A stretch of DNA of 64,000 bases from a virus: positions 16,331 to 80,330 of IMG/VR virus record IMGVR_UViG_3300025695_000006. The stretch is one strand, 5' to 3'. Shown piece by piece: positions 49,621 through 59,994 of the stretch. Position 1 is the stretch's first letter. Every line of letters begins with the position of its first letter. A program made the translations under genes and the position numbers. A model generated the notes under the pieces. That model saw only the letters and a program-made list of their open reading frames with translations. It was not told where the DNA came from and searched no databases.

Positions 49621-51272
49621 TGAATACTGATTACACATTAGGTATATGTATAGATAATAATGACCCAAATAACTACGGTAGGATTAGGGTTGTTAATTAT
49701 AATGCGTATAAAAATTACTTATCCGTTAACGGTATAAAAGAATACGTTGACTCAAATAGTGATAACAACACAAAGTACACTATATGGTCCGATGGTGTTG
49801 ATACTAATAATCTACCAGATGAAGACGTAGCAGAACCATTTTTACCACATAATTTAAATGTGATACCTTTAGTTGGTCAGGTGGTTAGACTTATAACTGA
49901 TTCTGATAACAAAAAATTATACGTTGGACCAATAACTAGTACACCCACTGATTTAAAAACCATCTATAGAGACAGATTAACTGAGAATAGATCAGAAGTA
50001 CCAAGCAATATAGCTAATAGAGTTTCGGATACCAACATATCAGGTTTCAATAATGAGCAGATAAGTTTAGGTGGTAATAGAGCTTTAATTAGATTAGATC
50101 ATATTAATAATAAGACTAAAAAAACACAATACCCTATATTCCAAATATCTAAATTAAATAAAAGTTTAGATTATAAAGAGGTTACTAAAACAGTAACTAA
50201 AGTTAAAGATGTGTTTTTAGATTATATGATAGAATTAGAGTTTAATTACTCTAAGAAAAACTCTTTAACTGATAAAAATATACAATGTGTTATATCGATA
50301 TACAACACTATAAATACGATCGTTGATAATGATAATAAAAAGGGTTTAACTAAAAATAAGTATAATAAGCATGCTAACTACTTATCAGGTAATTCGCGAA
50401 ATCAATACACGGTAAGACACGTACTAGACTTCAATGAGGTTGAGGCGATGGATAAAACCATCGAAGAAATATTATCAGCTTACAAAACTAAAAAAATAAA
50501 ATACTTTAACCCAGACACACCAAACAACAATCAGTTAATTGAAGCTAACGGTAATATAAGGTTAATAAACAAAATTAGCGCAATGCCTAATAATGGTGGT
50601 GGGGTGAATAGTACGCTAGACATCGTCACCGATTTAAATAACGCTGTCATTAGAATATCACCATTAGCCACAGATCTATATTCGAAACCGAGTTCACAAT
50701 TACAAAAAGAGTTGTTAATACCTAACACACAACCATCGGATACGTTGTCACTTGACTACGTTAGGTTTAGTGAGTTTAATAATTTTATACGTAAAATAAG
50801 GAAGTATGGTGAAGGTAGATTCACTGGTACCCAAAACCTACAACCACCACAAACTACCACTATTAAATCGGTGGAAGAGGAAGTAATTGACAAAAGTGTA
50901 ACGACACAAGTAATGTACGCAGATAAATTCTTATTGTTAAGTAGTCTAAATTCACCAAACTATTTAGATAGTAGTGATAAAGGTATGAATAATGATACTG
51001 TATCTAAGTTTCTATCTGGTATATCAAACGATGGTTCTAGGGACTATAATACTTACGGATGGGTCAGAGGAGAAAAAATGTTAGAGCTAATAAATAGGTT
51101 AATTAGTATAGTATTAACACACGGTCATTCAATTGGTCAGGTAGAAGATTCTATTAACGTTGACGCCAGAAAATTACTATCAAATTTAACTAGTGAACTG
51201 AATCAAGAGATAAACGGAAATAAATTAAATCAACCAACTAAGATAATTAATCATAACTTACGTATAAACTAA
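49620..51272 (+). CDS. Baseplate central spike (T4 gp5 / gpV-like)
   Basis: N-terminal OB-fold motif GICIDNNDPNNYGRIRV..P.VGQVV; C-terminal VRGE..L..L..LTHGH spike-tip motif. Confidence 0.7.
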   Translation: MNTDYTLGICIDNNDPNNYGRIRVVNYNAYKNYLSVNGIKEYVDSNSDNNTKYTIWSDGVDTNNLPDEDVAEPFLPHNLNVIPLVGQVVRLITDSDNKKLYVGPITSTPTDLKTIYRDRLTENRSEVPSNIANRVSDTNISGFNNEQISLGGNRALIRLDHINNKTKKTQYPIFQISKLNKSLDYKEVTKTVTKVKDVFLDYMIELEFNYSKKNSLTDKNIQCVISIYNTINTIVDNDNKKGLTKNKYNKHANYLSGNSRNQYTVRHVLDFNEVEAMDKTIEEILSAYKTKKIKYFNPDTPNNNQLIEANGNIRLINKISAMPNNGGGVNSTLDIVTDLNNAVIRISPLATDLYSKPSSQLQKELLIPNTQPSDTLSLDYVRFSEFNNFIRKIRKYGEGRFTGTQNLQPPQTTTIKSVEEEVIDKSVTTQVMYADKFLLLSSLNSPNYLDSSDKGMNNDTVSKFLSGISNDGSRDYNTYGWVRGEKMLELINRLISIVLTHGHSIGQVEDSINVDARKLLSNLTSELNQEINGNKLNQPTKIINHNLRIN

Positions 51273-51285
51273 AATATTTATAACC

Positions 51286-52827
51286 ATGGGGATCTACAGA
51301 ACATACTTCGATAAAAACAACACAGTCGTTAAAGACAGTAATATAAATACTGGTAGGAACCAAGTATCCGAACTATATTTCGGTGGGGAAACTAGTAGAT
51401 TCTTATTCTACTGTTCTTTTGACGAGATAAAATCTATGATTAACGATAAAATCATAAACCCAGAGATGGGTGTTACACATACATTAAAAATAAAGAATAC
51501 GTCCAGCTTCGATATAAAAGACTTTCTAGGGGTTAATAACAACCTAATGTTAGGGGAAAGCTATAGACCAAACTCTATAGACTTAGAATTACACCCCGTA
51601 AACGAATTCTGGGACGAAGGAACAGGGTACGACTTCATAGAATCATTGAATAATTTCGAACAAAATAGAGATTTTATACAAGAACCGTCAAATTGGTTTA
51701 ACAGAACCACTGTTAATAAGTTCGATACACCAGGTGTTATAAGTGTTAACAGCACACCAATAACGACATTACATTTAGACAAAGGTAATGAGGATATAGT
51801 TATGGATATAACGCAATTTGTTAATGATTATATTAAAACTGGAATAACTACTGGAATAACCACTGGAATAACCACTGGAGTAACTACTGGAATAACCACT
51901 GGAGTAACTACTGGAATAACCACTGGGATAACCACTGGGATAACCACTGGAGTAACCACTGGGATAACCACTGGAATAACTACTGGGATAACCACTGGAA
52001 TAACTACTGGTGCAACATATGCAGGTTTTTGTTTAAAATACAGTAATGCCATAGAAAATATACCAAAAGAACCCGATAATAAAACATATGCTATAGGTTT
52101 GTTTACCAGGCACACACAAACATTCTTCGAACCATTCATAGAAACCAGATATGATGACCATATAGATGACGACAGAAATAACTTTTATTTAGGTAAAAAC
52201 AATAAATTATTTTTCACATCAGTAATTGGTGGTAAATTAGAGAATCTAGATAAGATACCAAAATGTACAGTAGAAGGTGAAGAGTTAGAAGTAAAACAAA
52301 AAACAAAAGGTGTTTATTATGTGGAACTTTATGCTAACGAAAATACATTAACTAGTTATACCGAATATAATGACATATGGAGTGGTATAACTTACCTAGG
52401 TATAGATAGACCAGACGTAAAACTTAGGTTCGTACCTATAGACGCCGACAAATATTACACATTCAATACGGATACGTTGGATGACACAAGGTATGGTGTA
52501 TCGGTTAGTGGGATAAAAAGAGAAGAAAAAGTACGACAAGGAGAAAAAAGGAAGGTAAACGTATTATTAAGAAAACCTTATACGGTTTCCGAATATGAAT
52601 CTAGTAATAGCGTATACTATAGAATGTACACCAAACAAGGACCAGCGGTTATACCAATAACAGAATGGGAAAAAGTTAATAGGAATTTAAATAATAATTA
52701 CTTTACTATCGATACTACATGGATGGTACCACAGGACTATTTTATTGATATTAAGGTTGAAACAAATGGTGAGACCACCATATACGAAAATGAGTTAGAG
52801 TTTCAAATAACAAATAAATTAATTTAA
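51286..52827 (+). CDS. Virion structural protein containing a (TG[IVA]T)15 repeat
   Basis: 513 aa, beta-rich (YFDKNNT..SRFLF..WDEGTG); preceded by TATTTATA. Confidence 0.7.
   Translation: MGIYRTYFDKNNTVVKDSNINTGRNQVSELYFGGETSRFLFYCSFDEIKSMINDKIINPEMGVTHTLKIKNTSSFDIKDFLGVNNNLMLGESYRPNSIDLELHPVNEFWDEGTGYDFIESLNNFEQNRDFIQEPSNWFNRTTVNKFDTPGVISVNSTPITTLHLDKGNEDIVMDITQFVNDYIKTGITTGITTGITTGVTTGITTGVTTGITTGITTGITTGVTTGITTGITTGITTGITTGATYAGFCLKYSNAIENIPKEPDNKTYAIGLFTRHTQTFFEPFIETRYDDHIDDDRNNFYLGKNNKLFFTSVIGGKLENLDKIPKCTVEGEELEVKQKTKGVYYVELYANENTLTSYTEYNDIWSGITYLGIDRPDVKLRFVPIDADKYYTFNTDTLDDTRYGVSVSGIKREEKVRQGEKRKVNVLLRKPYTVSEYESSNSVYYRMYTKQGPAVIPITEWEKVNRNLNNNYFTIDTTWMVPQDYFIDIKVETNGETTIYENELEFQITNKLI
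51838..52017 (+). repeat. 15 x 12-nt in-frame tandem repeat encoding T-G-[I/V/A]-T
   Basis: ACTGG(A/G)(A/G)TAAC(C/T) units, with a final unit ACTGGTGCAACA. Confidence 0.95.
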
Positions 52828-53232
52828 ATGTATTTAATATATATAAACCCTTTAAACAAAGATTTCAAAGGACAGAACACTTATGAGTTCATATTCTCTA
52901 AAAGAACTGACAATGTTGAATATGGAGAGGATTGGGATGTTGAACCAGCATCTAGTGGATCACCAACACCACCCAATATAGAACAGGTGGACGAAGTTGG
53001 GGTACTTAGGTCATTAGATATTGAATTGACATTGAATATCGATTCAGACAACTTCTCTATGTACGATTGTGTTGAGGGTATAATAGCCCTAGCATGGGAA
53101 ACAGAGTCTCCAGAAGTAGAAGACAGATTAGTCTTTAAGTATGGTGAGGATGCTGATAGCGTTAAGAGTAAAATTTATAGTAGAGATAAAGAATTAAAAA
53201 TAATTAACAAAGAACAAATACATAAAATATAA
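52828..53232 (+). CDS. Hypothetical acidic protein
   Basis: 134-aa ORF abutting its neighbours. Confidence 0.75.
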   Translation: MYLIYINPLNKDFKGQNTYEFIFSKRTDNVEYGEDWDVEPASSGSPTPPNIEQVDEVGVLRSLDIELTLNIDSDNFSMYDCVEGIIALAWETESPEVEDRLVFKYGEDADSVKSKIYSRDKELKIINKEQIHKI

Positions 53233-54035
53233 TGGAAGACGAGACAATAAAAAACATTGTAAATAATCCCGATAAAGCGATAGAATCGTTAAAAGATGCG
53301 GAAAATGCTATTAAAAGTTTAGTTGATGCTAATAATACTGCTAAAACTGAAATAAATACCCAAAATGAATCTGAGGGTATAGAAGAATCTAATTCTGATG
53401 AAGGGTTCAAAGAAATTATTGATAACTTATTGGAAAGGTTGAGTGGTGGTTATAGATACTACGATATATCATCGGACCAAAAAAATAGAAGTGAAATGGT
53501 TCCATCTGAAAGGTACCACATAACAGACCTAGAGGGTGATAGAATAGCTGATAACTTATCTGATGAAGGAGTTATTGATTATGTTAAGGATTTAATAAAA
53601 CATGATGGTGAGGAATCTAGTGAACATAAAACCATCTCAACCATAGATGACGCTAAATCAGAAATGGAGTTACATAAACTGGGTAAAGTGATTAACGTAA
53701 AAGATACAAAACAACTAGATTTATTCCCTAAAAAAGACGATAAAATTGAAGATTCAGGGTACTCTAAAGTTATATCCAAGATGACCGATACTGAAGTTAA
53801 AGACATTATTATTGGTATGGGATCTAATGGGTGGGTACTTAAAAAAGCTATTAGTGCTATAGAAAGTGGTGATGATAAAAAGGCTTACATAGTATTAAGA
53901 CATCTATTAGATATGAGAAAGGGTGTTAATGAAGAAAATTTGGATAGTAAAGAAATATTAAGTAATATTGTAGAATCTAATGAGATTAGATTAACTAAGT
54001 CTGATATACTAACCTTCATAAAAGAAAGGAAATAG
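53232..54035 (+). CDS. Hypothetical protein
   Basis: 267-aa ORF, translationally coupled to the previous gene. Confidence 0.7.
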   Translation: MEDETIKNIVNNPDKAIESLKDAENAIKSLVDANNTAKTEINTQNESEGIEESNSDEGFKEIIDNLLERLSGGYRYYDISSDQKNRSEMVPSERYHITDLEGDRIADNLSDEGVIDYVKDLIKHDGEESSEHKTISTIDDAKSEMELHKLGKVINVKDTKQLDLFPKKDDKIEDSGYSKVISKMTDTEVKDIIIGMGSNGWVLKKAISAIESGDDKKAYIVLRHLLDMRKGVNEENLDSKEILSNIVESNEIRLTKSDILTFIKERK

Positions 54036-54036
54036 A

Positions 54037-54153
54037 ATGAAATACAACGAAGAAAAAATAGCTCCAGTTATCACACCAGTGATAACACCATTAAAAGATC
54101 CGTCTAAAATAGTTATCCCTAAACCAGATGAAAAGGGTAAACCTAAAGCTTAA
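54037..54153 (+). CDS. 38-aa Pro-rich peptide (not in ORF track)
   Basis: MKYNEEKIAPVITPVITPLKDPSKIVIPKPDEKGKPKA*, starting 1 nt after the previous stop. Confidence 0.5.
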   Translation: MKYNEEKIAPVITPVITPLKDPSKIVIPKPDEKGKPKA

Positions 54154-54156
54154 AAA

Positions 54157-54187
54157 TTGGTTATATCCAATAATTTACCTATATTTG
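54157..54187 (+). promoter_or_regulatory. Bacteroidota sigma-A-type promoter
   Basis: TTG (54157-59), 20 nt, TATATTTG (54180-87). Confidence 0.6.
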
Positions 54188-54217
54188 TCTCATTATTAAT
54201 AATGAGACATTTTTTTT
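54186..54217 (+). terminator. Perfect 24-bp palindrome plus T8 (intrinsic terminator)
   Basis: TGTCTCATTATT-AATAATGAGACA, then TTTTTTTT, then ATG at 54218. Confidence 0.7.
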
Positions 54218-55363
54218 ATGATAAAATCAGAGTTAGATAAGAGGGTTAAAGAATTGGGTTACCCCAATTTGATAACTAGTGATATTTTAAATAAATTATC
54301 CTCAAGGAACCATCCTTTAGGTAGAATGCCTTATTATAAAAAAACCCCAAACTCAACCATCTGTAGAGAAGAAGAGATCGCTATAGAGAGATATACCGAA
54401 CTAATAGATTCATATTGTAATACATTTAAAGTTGAGGCTAAAAGTATTGTAAAACCAACAGTTTTTATGAACGCTATGATCTCAAATGCAGCGGCCATAA
54501 ATAAAGAATCAGCCAACAGACCCGCTTTATGTAATTTAGCTGAAAAGATAATAAGAGAAGAGTGGTTTTTAGGTGAGGATGAGGTTATTTTTGATTTAGA
54601 GTTTGTTGAACAAGGAAATATAGAGCTACCCAAAGAGATGAACATGGATTCAACTCTAGATGACGAGTCTAAAAAAGAAATAGAGTCGGAGATACCCAAT
54701 GAAATAGTGAAAAGGAGGACTATAAATGCTCTCGCTCAAGGGGCCTCTTTAAAAGGGCATTATATATTCCACCTATATCAAGAAGAGATAAATAACATAA
54801 TACCTGATGTTACTAACTTATACCAAAAAGCTTTGATAGCTAATGATTTGATTTATTATCTAGTTGATGATGATGATTTTAAGGGTAGTATAGAAGCAAA
54901 TAATAATAACAATGCTGGGTATGTTGACCTTGACTTTGATGGTGAAATACCTAAAATTATAGTCAAAGCTATTAATTTACCGATCATGATACATGAGATG
55001 ATAAAGGGTGTTATTTCCTTACTCTCTGTAGCTGGGTTACCTAAGAATAAATCCAAGGAACTAATCGAGTATACTGACACTATAACTAGTGAGCTTTGGG
55101 ATATAAGGTTATTCCCTTTAATTTGGGGTAATCTTAATACTTTATTTGACGAAAGTGATTACGACCTTAAAAAATTAGTTTTGCTTGAGTTATTTAAAAA
55201 AAGTGCTGATGATTTTATTAATTTCATGAATAAATTAGAGAATGAACCAGATATGGCCAAGAAATATATCGAAATGATTATTAAAGATAAGAGGCTTGAG
55301 ATCATGGAGTTCGAATTTAACAATTCCATGGATGATATAGACCTTAGCGATTTAGGGTTATAA
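54218..55363 (+). CDS. Hypothetical protein upstream of terminase
   Basis: 381-aa ORF (KRRTINALAQG..P.MIHEMIKG..E.WDIR; HExxxG possible metal site). Confidence 0.75.
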   Translation: MIKSELDKRVKELGYPNLITSDILNKLSSRNHPLGRMPYYKKTPNSTICREEEIAIERYTELIDSYCNTFKVEAKSIVKPTVFMNAMISNAAAINKESANRPALCNLAEKIIREEWFLGEDEVIFDLEFVEQGNIELPKEMNMDSTLDDESKKEIESEIPNEIVKRRTINALAQGASLKGHYIFHLYQEEINNIIPDVTNLYQKALIANDLIYYLVDDDDFKGSIEANNNNNAGYVDLDFDGEIPKIIVKAINLPIMIHEMIKGVISLLSVAGLPKNKSKELIEYTDTITSELWDIRLFPLIWGNLNTLFDESDYDLKKLVLLELFKKSADDFINFMNKLENEPDMAKKYIEMIIKDKRLEIMEFEFNNSMDDIDLSDLGL

Positions 55364-55379
55364 TAAACTATTTATATAT

Positions 55380-57173
55380 ATGAGAAAAGAGATAACTGAC
55401 AAGAGGGAATTACTACTTGAATACACTAAATGTTCAGGTGACCCCGTGTATGTTATAGAAAGTTATTTCGAAACCTTCGATAAAACTAGAGAGGGTTACG
55501 TACCATTTGAATTATTTGATGGTCAAAAAAAATTAGTATCAAATTACAAAGAACACAGGTTTAATCTAGTATTAAAATACAGACAAGCTGGTATATCGAC
55601 TGTAACAGCCGCATACTCAGCGGTATTAACCGCTTTCGCTAGTCCAGATAGACCAGAAAAAGTATTGATATTAGCCAATAAACAAGAAACGGCTATAGAG
55701 TTCCAGAACAAAATAATTAATTTTATAAAACAACTACCTAATTGGGTAAATGTGGGGTTCGAAAAATCTTCTCAAAAACACGTCAGGTTATCTAATGGTT
55801 CTGAAATAAAAGCCGTAGCAACATCACAAGATGCACTGCGTGGATACACACCTACAGTACTATTAATTGATGAAGCCGCCTTCGTTGAAGGTGGACAAGA
55901 GTTATGGACAGCATGTTTAGCCTCAATAGGTACAGGTGGTAAAGCGGTACTAATATCAACACCTAACGGACTAGATCCTATATACTACGCATCATACGAA
56001 GGTGCCATTAAGGGTGATAACAGTTTCTGTGTAACCCATTTAAAATGGTGGAGAGACCCAAGATTTAATAAGGACTTAAAATTAGTAGAAACTAAAGATG
56101 TTGTCGATTGGTTCCAAAAACCAGATAAAGAAAAAACCGAAAAAGTTATAAGTGATGCAATAAACCTAAAAGTTAAAGAAATAGCAAAGCTTATAGAAGA
56201 TGGTTATAAACCATACTCTTCTTGGTACGAAAACATGTGTAGAGACATGAACTTTAATAAGCGTATGATAAACCAAGAGTTAGAGTGTGCGTTTATTGGT
56301 TCAGGTGACAACGTTATTGAAGGTGATGTAATAAGGAAACAAGAACAAGAAAACGTAAAGAACCCAGTCATTAAAGATAAGGCTTGGGATAGTAATATGT
56401 GGATATGGGAGTTACCACAAAAAGGGCATAGGTATATACTAGCATTAGACGTATCCAGAGGAGACTCTGAGGATGCTACTGGTATGACTATTATTGACTA
56501 TGACACATTCGAACAAGTAGCTGAGTACCATGGTAAAGTACCACCAGACATAGCAGCACAATTAGTTGACAAGTACGGTAGGATGTATGATGCGTTATCG
56601 ACGTTTGATATAACTGGAGGTATGGGTGTAGCTACTACACAAAAACTAAAAGAGCTTAATTACCCTAAAAAATTACTACATTACGATAAAGATGGTGATA
56701 ATAGCATGTATCATATGTTAGATGATAACGCTATACCTGGTATAAACTTTGCCTCTAGAAACAGAAGGAGTCAAATAGTTGCTGCTTTAGAAGAAGCGGT
56801 AGCTAGAGGTGGTTTTAAGATTAGAAGTGAAAGATTAACCGCCGAATTAAAGAAATTTGTCTACAAAAACGGTAAACCTAATCACATGAAGGGTGCTCAC
56901 GATGATTTGATTATGGCGTTAGGTATGGCTTTATTCGTAGCCAACACAGCCTTTAAAAGATTACAAGAATCAGAAAACATGACCAAAGCCATGTTAAGTA
57001 GCTGGAAAGTAAGAACTAATGAAACAAAATCTGAATCAAACTATTTATCAGGTAGTATTAGCAGTAAACCAAATTATGAGAACTCAACTAAAAGTAAGGG
57101 TAGTAGCTTAAATCAAACCATTAACAATACCCAAGAGTACGGTTGGTTATTCGGTTCTAATAGGAAAAAATAA
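55380..57173 (+). CDS. terL: Terminase large subunit (T4 gp17-like)
   Basis: LKYRQAGIST (Walker A), LLIDEAAF (Walker B), ISTPNG; nuclease ALDVSRG..D and HDDLIMA. Confidence 0.95.
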   Translation: MRKEITDKRELLLEYTKCSGDPVYVIESYFETFDKTREGYVPFELFDGQKKLVSNYKEHRFNLVLKYRQAGISTVTAAYSAVLTAFASPDRPEKVLILANKQETAIEFQNKIINFIKQLPNWVNVGFEKSSQKHVRLSNGSEIKAVATSQDALRGYTPTVLLIDEAAFVEGGQELWTACLASIGTGGKAVLISTPNGLDPIYYASYEGAIKGDNSFCVTHLKWWRDPRFNKDLKLVETKDVVDWFQKPDKEKTEKVISDAINLKVKEIAKLIEDGYKPYSSWYENMCRDMNFNKRMINQELECAFIGSGDNVIEGDVIRKQEQENVKNPVIKDKAWDSNMWIWELPQKGHRYILALDVSRGDSEDATGMTIIDYDTFEQVAEYHGKVPPDIAAQLVDKYGRMYDALSTFDITGGMGVATTQKLKELNYPKKLLHYDKDGDNSMYHMLDDNAIPGINFASRNRRSQIVAALEEAVARGGFKIRSERLTAELKKFVYKNGKPNHMKGAHDDLIMALGMALFVANTAFKRLQESENMTKAMLSSWKVRTNETKSESNYLSGSISSKPNYENSTKSKGSSLNQTINNTQEYGWLFGSNRKK

Positions 57174-57199
57174 ATAAAACAAAAAAAAACAAAAAACAA

Positions 57200-57439
57200 A
57201 TGGGAAATATATTAATTAAACAAGGTAGGTCATCAGGACCTGGATCATCATCCATAGCAAGGACAAACATTAAAAAAAGTGATCCTATAAGCGGTGCTGC
57301 ATTAGAAGGTAATTTAAACTCGATAAAGTGTTCACCAGAATCAGATGGTACAACAACTTTCGTACAAGAAAAAGTTTGGTCATCCGATATAGGTAATTAC
57401 AAATTCCCTCCATTCGTTGACTGCGAATATGTAGATTAA
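57200..57439 (+). CDS. Hypothetical small protein
   Basis: 79-aa ORF filling the terL-portal gap. Confidence 0.6.
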   Translation: MGNILIKQGRSSGPGSSSIARTNIKKSDPISGAALEGNLNSIKCSPESDGTTTFVQEKVWSSDIGNYKFPPFVDCEYVD

Positions 57440-57450
57440 AAAAAAAGAAT

Positions 57451-59250
57451 ATGGCAAAGAATTTAACGATATTTCAAAGATTAAACAAGGTACTGGGCAA
57501 CGAGGTTGACGGTCCTAAGTACGTTATAGACCCTAACTCGTTCAACGGATTAGAAGGTGATGCGCTAGATCAAAAGAAATTAGAAGCTCAACAAACAGTA
57601 TTTTTACAAAATCAGTGGAAAAAGATAGATAACGAACTTTATCAAAAAGCTGTTTATTATGAACCAACTAGAATAGCATCGTATTATGATTACGAAGCCA
57701 TGGAATACACCCCAGAAATTTCGGTTGCGTTGGATATTTTTGCTGAAGAAGCTACCACACCAAATGAAAACGGTAGGGTATTAAGTATATACTCTGATAG
57801 TTCTAGAATAAAGAAAGAATTGGAGCGTTTATTTATGAACGTGTTGGATATAGATGCTAACCTAACACCATGGACTAGAAACTTATGTAAGTACGGCGAT
57901 AACTTCATATACAATAAAGTGGTACCTGGACAAGGTATCGTTGGAGTTACTCAGTTACCTAACATTGAAATGACTAGGTCTGAGCCTGGATTCGCCAAAG
58001 TTAATAGTTTAGATAGTCAACAGAAAGAAGTTAACACCGCATTCCATTGGAAAGATAAAAACATTGAATTTAATTCATTTGAAGTATCACACTTTAGGTT
58101 ATTAGGTGATGACAGGAGGTTACCTTACGGTACGTCTATGTTAGAAAAAGTTAGACGTATATGGAAACAGTTATTACTTTCAGAGGATGCTATGTTAGTC
58201 TACCGTGTTACTAGGGCACCAGAAAGACGTGTGTACAAAGTATTTGTGGGTAATATGGATGATAAAGATGTTGACGCTTATGTTGATAAAATAGCTAACA
58301 ACTTTAAAAGGACTAATATGGTTGACAACGACAACGGTAACCAAGATACTAGGTACAATGCGTTAGCCGTAGATCAAGATTACTTCATACCAGTCAGAGA
58401 CCCAGGTCTAGCTATGCCAATAGAAACACTACCTGGTGCGCAAAACCTATCAGAAATAGCTGATATAGAATATATACAGAAAAAGATGTTAGCGGCACTT
58501 AGAGTACCTAAGGCCTTCATAGGGTTTGAAGAAACATTGGGTGACGGTAAAAACTTAGCTATATTAGATGTACGTTTCGCTAGAGCAGTCCATAGGATAC
58601 AAAAAGCTCTTATACAAGAACTAAATAAAATAGCTATAATACACCTACACTCAAAAGGGTACGAGGATGATCTAGAGAATTTTACTCTAAGCCTAACTAG
58701 TCCATCAACACAAGCAGAAATGCTTAAAATACAAAACTGGAAAGAGAAAGTTATGTTATATCGTGACTCTGTTTCTGATGCTGGTAATGGTTTTAGTGCT
58801 ATGTCAATGACTTATGCTAAAAAAGAGATTTTAAACATGAGTGATGATGAGATTAAACTAGATATACAAAGACAAGCAATAGAAAAAGCAGGTGGGGAAG
58901 AAATTAAATCCTTAGGTGAGACCATAAAACAAACTGGTGTGTTTAGAGATATATACAAACTATACAAAATAGACCCAGATAGTATGATGGTAGGTGATGA
59001 CTCAGATAACCCTGCGAGTACAGACTCAGGTTCAGGTACAGATTTTAATTCCGAACCCTCTGATGATGCTGGTTTTGACCTAGGTGGTGATGAGGCGAGT
59101 GATGACTTAGGGACAGATTTCACAGCACCTTTAGAAGTACCAGGTGAAGAACCCTTAGCCGAAATAAGTAACAAAAAAATAGAAAATAAGAACAGGATGA
59201 TTAACGAATCTATCAGAAAGACGATAGATGATATTAATAACTTATTATAA
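57451..59250 (+). CDS. Portal protein (T4 gp20-like)
   Basis: PEISVALDI, YGTSMLE..R.WKQL.L.EDAMLVYRVTRAPERRV, DYFIP, IETLPG, ALRVPK, DVRFAR. Confidence 0.95.
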   Translation: MAKNLTIFQRLNKVLGNEVDGPKYVIDPNSFNGLEGDALDQKKLEAQQTVFLQNQWKKIDNELYQKAVYYEPTRIASYYDYEAMEYTPEISVALDIFAEEATTPNENGRVLSIYSDSSRIKKELERLFMNVLDIDANLTPWTRNLCKYGDNFIYNKVVPGQGIVGVTQLPNIEMTRSEPGFAKVNSLDSQQKEVNTAFHWKDKNIEFNSFEVSHFRLLGDDRRLPYGTSMLEKVRRIWKQLLLSEDAMLVYRVTRAPERRVYKVFVGNMDDKDVDAYVDKIANNFKRTNMVDNDNGNQDTRYNALAVDQDYFIPVRDPGLAMPIETLPGAQNLSEIADIEYIQKKMLAALRVPKAFIGFEETLGDGKNLAILDVRFARAVHRIQKALIQELNKIAIIHLHSKGYEDDLENFTLSLTSPSTQAEMLKIQNWKEKVMLYRDSVSDAGNGFSAMSMTYAKKEILNMSDDEIKLDIQRQAIEKAGGEEIKSLGETIKQTGVFRDIYKLYKIDPDSMMVGDDSDNPASTDSGSGTDFNSEPSDDAGFDLGGDEASDDLGTDFTAPLEVPGEEPLAEISNKKIENKNRMINESIRKTIDDINNLL

Positions 59251-59280
59251 TAACGACTATTTATATAAAAATTAAATAAA

Positions 59281-59994
59281 ATGTTTGGAAAATTAAAAGA
59301 AAGTGTACTATCAAGCCTAGAGAGTACTATGAATAATAAAGGCGAAAAAGATTTTAAATCAGAATTTGCTGAATATATTAAGGTTTTAAAAGAAGATAAT
59401 GTATTAAGAGAGTTTAATGAAACTTATAACTTATTAAATGATCTAAAGTTTGATGATGAGTTAATGGCTTTAGCATTTGTTGACGAATCAATAAAGCGTT
59501 TAAAAGAGATCGATGGGACGTCTACAGATAAATTAAGTAAACTTACCGAAGAAACTATCGATATAAGTGGTACGATTAACCATAGTATAGACGAACTAGT
59601 CTTCAATAAAAATCTAAGTATTGTCGATAAAGTTGAGCACAAAACGAAGTTGGTTAGAAATGTGATAAAAAACAGCGTTAATGGTGAAGAGTTAAACGAA
59701 TCTATAGACTCTATAACATCAAGGTTAAATAACAAGGTCTCTCAGTTAAATGAGGAACAAGTTAAAGCGTTAAATATTTTTGCCGATAATGATGAATCAA
59801 AAATAAACGAGTATTACGCGACGCTTATCAATGAAGTTTCTGCTCTAGTTAACAAAACTGTTAACGAGTCAAATGATATAATTATCGTAAAAAAATTGTT
59901 AAGTGTTAATACTAGATTAAACGAGATGTCTAATAATAAACCTACACTTGAGGCTATAGACGACATATTAGATTTAAAGAAAACCTTCATTTAA
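59281..59994 (+). CDS. Hypothetical head-module protein
   Basis: 237-aa helical ORF with many LNE/INE motifs; preceded by TATTTATA. Confidence 0.75.
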   Translation: MFGKLKESVLSSLESTMNNKGEKDFKSEFAEYIKVLKEDNVLREFNETYNLLNDLKFDDELMALAFVDESIKRLKEIDGTSTDKLSKLTEETIDISGTINHSIDELVFNKNLSIVDKVEHKTKLVRNVIKNSVNGEELNESIDSITSRLNNKVSQLNEEQVKALNIFADNDESKINEYYATLINEVSALVNKTVNESNDIIIVKKLLSVNTRLNEMSNNKPTLEAIDDILDLKKTFI

